Part shown: positions 45,601 through 53,864 of the stretch, one piece after another
How the letters are laid out: each line of letters opens with the position of its first letter
Position numbering within the stretch: the first letter of the stretch is position 1
NCBI GenBank assembly: GCA_051294375.1
Contig: CM119265.1
Span: 25,562,953 to 25,616,816, forward strand
Direction: 5' to 3'
Source of the DNA: Paraspadella gotoi
Lineage: Eukaryota > Animalia > Chaetognatha
Length of the DNA: 53,864 nucleotides
Translations under genes and position numbers: made by a program
The notes under the pieces: generated by a model
What the model saw: only the letters and a program-made list of their open reading frames with translations
The model's database searches: none
What the model was told of the DNA's origin: nothing

Positions 45601-48600
45601 CGCTACGGAAAAGATCTGAAGAAAAACCCCTAACCATTTTTTATCTTCTTTTTTCAATCTTTTGACTACTTTTTTTCAATTTTTTTTTTTCTTTGATTCT
45701 CGGAGAATTGTTTGCATGATCTCAAACAAGACGGAGAGAGCGATCGATTGGCGTCTCTTATCTCTTCTGGCGCAGACTCCGGAGATAAGTGAGTGAGAAA
45801 AAAAGGTTTTTTTATTTTGCGACCACGAAGTAGCGAACATGAGGATTGTGATTCTGTCGCAGCGGATCATCAGTACGGGAGAGTCGCCGACTGAGCTGGG
45901 CATTTTTAAGATTCAGCGCGCGGAGCACTCCCTATTTTTGGAGGGTTCAATCGCCGGCATTATTTTCAGGGTCGAACAGGACGGTTACTCTTGGATTTGT
46001 TACGAGAGACGGTGGAGGAGGATGGATCGTCAATACTCGGTTAACCCTTGTTTCCGCGGAGGACCTAATTATTGCGGAGGATGAGGTGTTCGGGGACGTT
46101 TGGGACTTGAGGCATCGAGGATGAGCACCGTCGAGTGGTAGAGAGAGAAGGATCTCACCTGTTTCCGTTTCAGGTCAGTGCCTGCGACATAATATGCGCA
46201 GTGTGTACTTATTATCGCGTGAAGAGAACCTTCGAGACACGGATTACTAGAGCGAAACAAGTGTAGTTTCCGTTCACCCCCCACAGCCCGTGGGTCCAGT
46301 GAAACTCGCGGGGACGTCTATGAACACAACAGAAACGCGCTCGGACACGACCGAAAGAAAGAGGTCCTAGTGGTAGGGAATCAGAAGATATAAGACGTAA
46401 TTGTTACGCCACGATTCATTTGACATTTGAACCGCCACAAACTGCGGTCCACAGTATCCAGTTTAGCCGTATCAACCCTAAATTCATCACTCCTTCCTCT
46501 TTTGTGTCTTTTATTTGCTCTTCTTTTTGTTAGATTATTTTCTTTTCAAGCGCTTACACGTCTCCTTCCTTTTTCTCGCTTGTTTCTTTTCGTTTTTTAT
46601 ACTCTCTTCCTTTCTTCTTCACTTTCTTTACTCGCTCCTTCATTTTCTTTTCTTTTTATATCCCTGTCGTCTTCTTTCTATCATTTTATTATCATTATTT
46701 CGAAACGTCTTTCTTTCCCTCCGTACTTTTTTCTTCTTTTCTTTCGGCCGTTTTTATCTTTCTTATATTCCCTTTTCCTTCAACCGTCAAAGCTTTTTTT
46801 TGCTTCTTTTTTGAACGACCACCAATTTGCTCCAGTTGTTTTGTGTCCTCTTACGCTCCTTATTCCGCCACTCTGTAACTACTATTCTGCTTCTCTCAAA
46901 TATAGCTCTCTTTTCCTGCTTCTCTTCCTCTTTTTGCCCCCCCTATGTTTCCATTCCTTGTGGGCTATTCTCCGTTGATTTATAAAATCTTTGGCTTTTT
47001 TTCTTCCTTTTATTTTTTTCTTTTTCCCATTCCTCCCACAAACTATATATAATTCATATCTTTTCCTCGCGATAAGTTTATCGGTTTTTTACCTCTTTTC
47101 TCTATCAGCGCACAAGTCTACACATTTTTCCTCTCTCGCCTTTCCACTCTCCAGTGCCCCATGCCAAAATGCAAAACACTGAGGGCCAGCCTTCCAGTGA
47201 CGTTTGATTCTCTAACTACGACATCCAGCCTGGAAGATTATCCCTCGATACGCGGAACCCCCAGAGGGCCTAGCTCGTGTACTGCAGGCCGTTACTGTTA
47301 GGGGTTTTGGAAAACAATTCTCCAGGATAAGTGTGGCATATCGGGTGTCGGGATGGTTTAAGAAAACTTCGTCTGGGATAGGATTCGTGCTAATGCCATT
47401 CTGGTATCACGCTATTCCGGAGATTGCGTTTCACTGATTCTCGGATGGCGGTAGTGGCGTGTTTTGCCTCTCGCCCCGCATGATCGAAATCTATCCAGAT
47501 CTGGCCATAGAATGGACGTCAATATGAATTGCCGTAATACATGTGTAAAATCGTGTTAAATGCTTCCACTGTTTATTATGAATGTGTTCTGTCAGGAGAC
47601 TATTTATATCTGCGATCTTTCTGTTAGGTTAGCCTCGGACATACTAGAGGGAAGAGAACAGAGCACGATAACTGGATGAAAAAAATATGGAAAGAAAGAG
47701 TGGAAAAGAGGATAGAGGAAGCGCTACACATGCAATGGCAGTAGACAAAACAGCCCGCGGATGGTTCTTGGGGGGTCGGGAAAAAAAAAAATTCCGAACA
47801 AAGTGTAGAAACTGGGAAAAAATGGGTTAGAAAGAGAATGGAACAAAGACAAGTGTGGAAATGACTCGAACAATAAGCCGATGGAATATAATCCAGTAGT
47901 CTCATCAAAAGACAACTTGGAAAATTTAAATATAAAGTAGAGAACTCCCTTCCTGGGTGTGAGATAAATCAAGTTTGACACACTGGGCTCGAGGAAATAA
48001 AGAGAAAAATTTATACAAAAAAGAAGGGTAGCTGATGGGGAGAAATTAAGAAAATTAGAGGCTTACAAAAACAGTATGACAAGGAAAAAAATAAAAAACT
48101 AGGGAAGGAAAAGAAACCGTAAAATGTGTTGTTCCCAATTCCTACCCGACCGTGTTTAATTACCACCACGTGTCCCCCTTCCGATCACGACCCGCCAGAA
48201 CAGAAAGGATACATACTAGAATCTTTACAGATCGACAAACACGAAGACAGAATAGAGCACGAGTTTTGCATCGTCAGGAAGATTGTGTTCGCAATTCTCC
48301 ACTCGTTTTGTATCTCGCTGTGTCTTGTTTGCAAGGTCTCGGGAGGCTTGGGCGGACGAGACACTCGTCGAGACCACATGATAGAACAGCCCTGTCTCTT
48401 TTGTTGGGTTTTAGTCTCGATATGGAGTCTCGCCTGGGGTTTCGGCATCCCGATCTGATGGCTGGTTTGTTATTATATTTTCCTTGAATAATCCTGCAGC
48501 GGCGGAAGAACAACTTATCATTTTAGCATATTAAGTTTGTGGTACATGTTTCTGTCTTGTTTTGATATCAACTAGAGGCCCGCGCATTTCTTTTATATTT

Positions 48601-48985
48601 AACTAATTGCTATAAGTAGCTTTAAATTTCTTACGCATACACATCACTACCTATTGTTTTTTGCAAAGTCACGAAAACTCTTGAGAGGGAAGAGGAAGTT
48701 AATGTTATCTCGTGTAGATATTTGTAACCGCTCTAGCAATGGGATCTTGAAAAAGGTTGTGTAACAAAAATTTTGGACCCTCCAATAAGAAAACAAAGAG
48801 AAAAGAGAAGAGAAACGCCATTCGCTCAGGCGAAAGATGAAAAAAAAATAATCCCCATAGGTGTATCTTTAACGAATTTTAATAATTGACCGCCCAAGAG
48901 AAAGAACTCTTCCCTATAAATTTCGAATTTAAAAAATTTTCTTTTCCAATTATTGTTCTTCATATTTAGTTTATAAAAAATTGGA
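42640..48985 (+). repeat. Noisy direct copy of 32915-37057 that spans the N gaps of the first copy
   Basis: Anchors accatgggcattgggc, cgcggggagcatgttgggcaaa, aaacttgaatcgaacatt, ttgttacgcc, gagacactcgtcgagac, cttttccaattattgtt. 37105-37710 is a further copy of ~43760-44560; 42255-42635 recurs at ~49495-50150; 37839-38030 recurs inverted at ~49010-49380. Confidence 0.9.
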
Positions 48986-51900
48986 AATTGCTCGAAAATT
49001 AAAAGACTGCTTCAGACTGATTTGTTTATATCGCATTCAGATTCAAAATATTTCTTCAAAAAATTAGTATGTAATTTACATTCAAATATACATCATTTTC
49101 TTTATCCATATATTCGAGGGAAGTTAGGCATAGCAAGAGAGAAATGGGGATGAGAGGGAGAGAGGAGAAGGATGAGAGGTATTGGAGACGATGAGAGAGG
49201 AAGAGAAAAGGGACGAGAGAGAGAGAGATGGAAGAGAAGAGAATAATTGAAAGGACGTATGTGTGCAGTCATATTTAGAAGAGAGAATAGATTGAGATGA
49301 AGGAACTTTATTTTGAAGACAACAGAAATTTAGGATTTTACATTTGAATTGCTCAAGAAACTGGTTAAAATGAATTATATTTTCTCTGAGGGATAAGCGC
49401 ACCGTCTCATTTACACAAATCAACGCTATTGAAAATGTTGTACAGTACTTATGCTTTATTACATTCTCTTCTTCATTTGATCGCACGTGTCTCTGTTAAC
49501 CACTGTACGCGCCGTTAATTTTCCTTCGTATATATCAGTAATAGTGTTCTTTACCTTGAAAAAAGGTATTTTCTCAAATTGATATTTTCCTTTGTTAATT
49601 TTTTGCCGACGTGCTTCGCTGGGACCGCTCGATTAAGTGGAATGAGTGTTTAAGTGATTTGAGCGTGACGTTTCGTTGCAAACTACCCTACCTCAATCCG
49701 CTGCAGTTTTACTCTTCATTTAGCGGCATTGCTAGACGAGAGTCCGTGCATAAAAGTGTTTACTTAAGGACCAAATCGGTCATTATTTGTTTTTTGTAGC
49801 ATTTTTTTTCTCTGGTCATTGTGGGTAGGTTTCAATTAAAAAATATTCATCGAGCGGTTACGACCTCAAAACCTTCGCCAACTCAGTGTTTGCCTAACAC
49901 CCCGGACATATCGAGTTTTGATTTTTCGTTGCATTTAATGACAAAAGGTTATTCCCGTACCACCAGGGTAAATTATCATACATTAAATTAAATATTCAAA
50001 AGCAAAAAGAACGTGAACCCTCTTTTTGGGAAAATTTTTTTAACAAATAGGAAAAACAAAAGGAGAGTGTTAGTTCATCACAAGTCTTTCCAACCTTTTT
50101 CACTCTCAATCAATTAGTACAACTCATTTCTCCTCTCAATCACTACCTTTTTTTTTTTTCGCCAACTCGTGAACGAATTCTCGTCTGTTTCTCACCCAAG
50201 CTATGATGATGTTAGAACCGTTGTGCTCTACGCGTGAGAATAGTGTAGAACCGACGCTAGTTTCCCGGCGAGAGAGAGAGGGTTGGTATTGGACAATTTC
50301 GCCGTGTTGAGATGAGATATGATGAGAAAGAGAGGGATGATGAGAGAGAGAGAGAGAGAGACGAGAGAGAGAGAGAGAGATGAGATGAGAGAGAGAGAGA
50401 GGAGAAAGGGAAATGGCTGCGCCCCGTCGATGATTTTTTTAAATTATTTTCATTTCTTTGAAAACAATCCATTATTTATTTCTTCGAATCGAAGCAAAAA
50501 CAAATTTTTCCGCCCATCTTCTGGACCTACTGTTTCAGCGATTTTCTTCTGCTACTCTCTCTCTCTCTCTTCGCTACCCCTTTCTGCTCTCTTAATATCT
50601 CTCTGGTCTTCTCTCCTCCTGCATCGATCTCTCTCCTCTCTCTCTCTCTCTCTCTCATTTTTTTTTAACTCAAGCTATTTCATTCTCGATTACAACTTCT
50701 CCGAAAAACGCGGAGCGATATCATTCTACAGTCCACCCGCGAAACCTGCTAGGAAGAATTTTTTCGGAATTTGAAAAAGACAATGTCTTGTTCCATTTTT
50801 CAGTAACCTCTGGGTTTGCCATGAAACGGATCGGCATCAAATTTTAGCTTAGCGTGAAGTCGCCATAAAAGGTGTGGAGCGCGTATGAAAAAAGGCTAAA
50901 ATTCGACCCACAGTGGCACACGAGAACGCTCGTAAATATCGAAAGGACAAAACCGCGCAAGTAACAACAAGGGAATTTCATAATGGAATCTAAATCTGCG
51001 GCCCCTTGTGGCTGAGAATAGAGAGGGAACCTACAAGGCGAAATGAATAAAAGAAGAAGCATTTAATAGTGGTTTTTATATTTACAACTATGAGTGAGAG
51101 GAGAGATGAGGGAGAGGAGGACGCGAGAGAGGAGAGAGAGAAGTTCGAGAGAGCATGTCACGCTCCGTGATGAGAGATACGAGACGAGACGAGACTTGAT
51201 GAGAGATGTAGAGATATTATGTTTTCTGTTTTTGGATGGATTGTCCAGAGTACCTATAGAGAAAGTGAAGGCTGATCAACATAAAGTGTGGAATGGAACT
51301 CGATATTCAAAGGAGTGGATGCACGGATCGGTGGTGACGGAGTAATGGTTGAAAAACTAAAGTGCGCCAAGGATAGTAGGAGGAGAAGCAGGACGCAGAG
51401 AAGTCTAGCAGGGAGGAGGGAAAATTAAAAAAAACAGGAAAAGGGAGGAAAAGGGGGAGGGAGGCAAAAAGATTAAAGGAGGATTTCCTTTCAGAAGACG
51501 AGACGACGAGAGAGACGGAGAGAGCAGAGGAAGATGAGAGGGAGGAGGCAGAGTGAGAGGACCGGATAGAGGAGAGAGAGGATGATTGGAGATCTCGAGA
51601 GAAGTGTACCGCTCAAGCTGGGTGTTTCGGTAGGAGAGAGAGAGAGAGAGGGAAAAACTTCATGCTCGTCGGTGCTTGTGTTTTATCCGGAGATTTGGGG
51701 GTCTTCGTTAGATGAAGCTCTGTCAAATGCCCAACAAGACAAGCATGAACAGTCGGGTAAGTTGACTGACTCCGTCGAAAGAGAAAGGGGAGATAAGGAA
51801 AAAAAAATAAAGGTGATGAAAAATGAAATACTAAGAAATGAAACTCTCGAAATCGAGTGGAGGAGATTGGGAACCAGAAATAAAACAAAAACAACTGGAA

Positions 51901-53347
51901 ATCTGAGACGCGGAGATCGAAAAAGAAAGAAAATGAATAACATGATTCTTTCCTTAATCCTTATTGATTTTCTTCTTTGTTTTTTTTTAAATAATTTCGG
52001 GTCTTTTTTAAAAATTAATCTAGATTTCTTGGACGCAGTGTAGGTTCGGGTGTTTTATTTAACATTTTCCATTGCCAAGCTATAGTCTCTATTTGCTAAG
52101 TGAATTGTATTATATATTTGTGCTTGTGACCATAGGCGCAAAAACAATATTTAATATAATTTTACAATTATTTATCTTTTTTTATTTCGCAATTCCCAGA
52201 CTCACCAATTCCATCTCAACTCGCCCCGTATAAATTTCCACAATCCTTCCCGATTTTCCATTCTCCAACTCAATGCTCATTATACCATCAGCTCTTTCTC
52301 TCTTTCACTCGTCGGACAACTCACCGATTCGATATACCATCCACCGGATGTTCGTCCGGATGTTTCCACGCCCACCTTCTCCCCCCCCCCTCTCCCGCTA
52401 TCATCTTCAATTCACACCTGACTTCCTCTTCCCCCCCCCCGCCTCCCCCTAACTGCTCAGCATTTCACCGCGTTTCCCTGCATTAATGCATCCGCGCCTC
52501 GGGAGTCATCACCGGAGGTTCAGGGCGCCGGCGCTTGGGAAGACTCGGCGCCAGTTCGGCGAGTAGACGATGCCAGTTGCGTGTCCTTTCCAGATTGGCG
52601 GTGAGAATCGCGACCACGGAAGCAAGGCGCGAACTNNNNNNNNNNNNNNNNNNNNNNNNNGCCGAGCCTGTCAACGCAAGATCTTGAAATGGATTTCACG
52701 ATGAAGCCCCCAATAAAACGATCTCGCTCCATTGGGCCGATTCAATCTTACGCCAATACGACAAGCTTACGCCAAAACACTCTGCCGACAAGCTCTAGCC
52801 TTGCGCCAAACTTTCGCCACATCCTTCTGGTGTCAAGAAAGTCCTAGGTCAATCTTACGTCAATGGTTCTCGCTTCTCTCTGGTCTTTCGACTCACGCGC
52901 CCCACGGAAGAAAGAAGGAAATTGGTTTTCATCCTTTGAATTTGTGATGCGTTAATCCGAGTTAAACGGTTGCAGATTCTTTCGCGTCGTGAAAACCATC
53001 AGCGGGGTGTCATGTGATGCAATCACTTATATCAGAAAAACAACTTGGCTTATTTGCGATTGTTAATTTTACTTTAGAAAAATCTCACATTATAATATTT
53101 GAAAGATTAAACGACCTCCTTCAATTCCTTCTCTCTTTTTCATATTATTCTAAAAATTTTCACAACCCTTTTTTTTTCACCGTCTCTTTTTCCTACTTTT
53201 TTTCAATACCTCACCTGCCCTTTCACCGATCTCACCGCTTTCACTGCTCTCACTTTTAGACGCGTGACTCATCCTTTCTTCTTTTTTTCTCCTTTCACTT
53301 TTTTTACGATTTCCTTTTTTTTCTTTTTTTTAATATCTTTTCTTCAA

Positions 53348-53382
<35 letters not shown>
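53348..53382 (+). repeat. (TCG)n microsatellite
   Basis: Direct reading. Confidence 0.97.
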
Positions 53383-53383
<1 letters not shown>

Positions 53384-53864
53384 TTCCACACATTATCGTC
53401 CTTTCGATATTCCTTTTCCTTTTTCCTTTTTTTTTCTGTCAATCTATTCTTTTCTCCCCTTTCTTTTTTTTCTTTCTTTCTTTATTTTCCCTTTATTCTC
53501 AGGTGTAAAAAAAAAAAAGAAATAAAAAAACACACCTTTAAGAAAACCTTCTTTCTACTCCTCCCATTTCTGGCGACTGTCATCAACTTTGGATTAATCA
53601 AGGATTCTCAGATATTTTTTTTTTCTTCATTGTTTCCAATTTCATCCGGGAATCAGAGACTTCAGCCGATTACCGATTAAATATACGGAATATATAGCGA
53701 TAGAATATATCCTTTCACATCCGGGTTTTGGCGTTATTAGCCGATTACGGATGGAACTGTTTCTTTTAATCCTCGTTTTCGTGCCTCATTGATTCCTTCA
53801 GTTTTAGTCAGAAGCGACAGAAAACTTCTCTTTCCTGTTTTTAGATGCGTCAACACATCGTTTT

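Overview
Eukaryotic, AT-rich, (AG/CT)n-rich scaffold that looks like a draft assembly gap-filled with uncorrected long reads. It has six exact 25-N gaps, indel-rich duplicate and fold-back copies covering most of 14-50 kb, and a ~0.85 kb poly-A run. The main biological signal is invisible in the ORF track because of frequent frameshifts: a Polinton/Maverick (adintovirus-like) endogenous dsDNA virus at ~2.5-12.4 kb. Frame-hopping translation of the + strand gives, in order: packaging ATPase, small conserved ICE..N..G/QKG protein, large conserved protein, minor capsid (penton-like), core-like protein, major capsid protein and adenain-like cysteine protease. Weaker candidates are a pPolB C-terminus, a PC4-like ORF and a DEDD-like nuclease. 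I could not see an RVE integrase or TIRs. Elsewhere there is a candidate TTAA-site DNA-transposon insertion, a Helitron-like 3' end, possible LINE fragments and a few exon-like islands. All protein calls come from motif recognition by eye; no searches were run.
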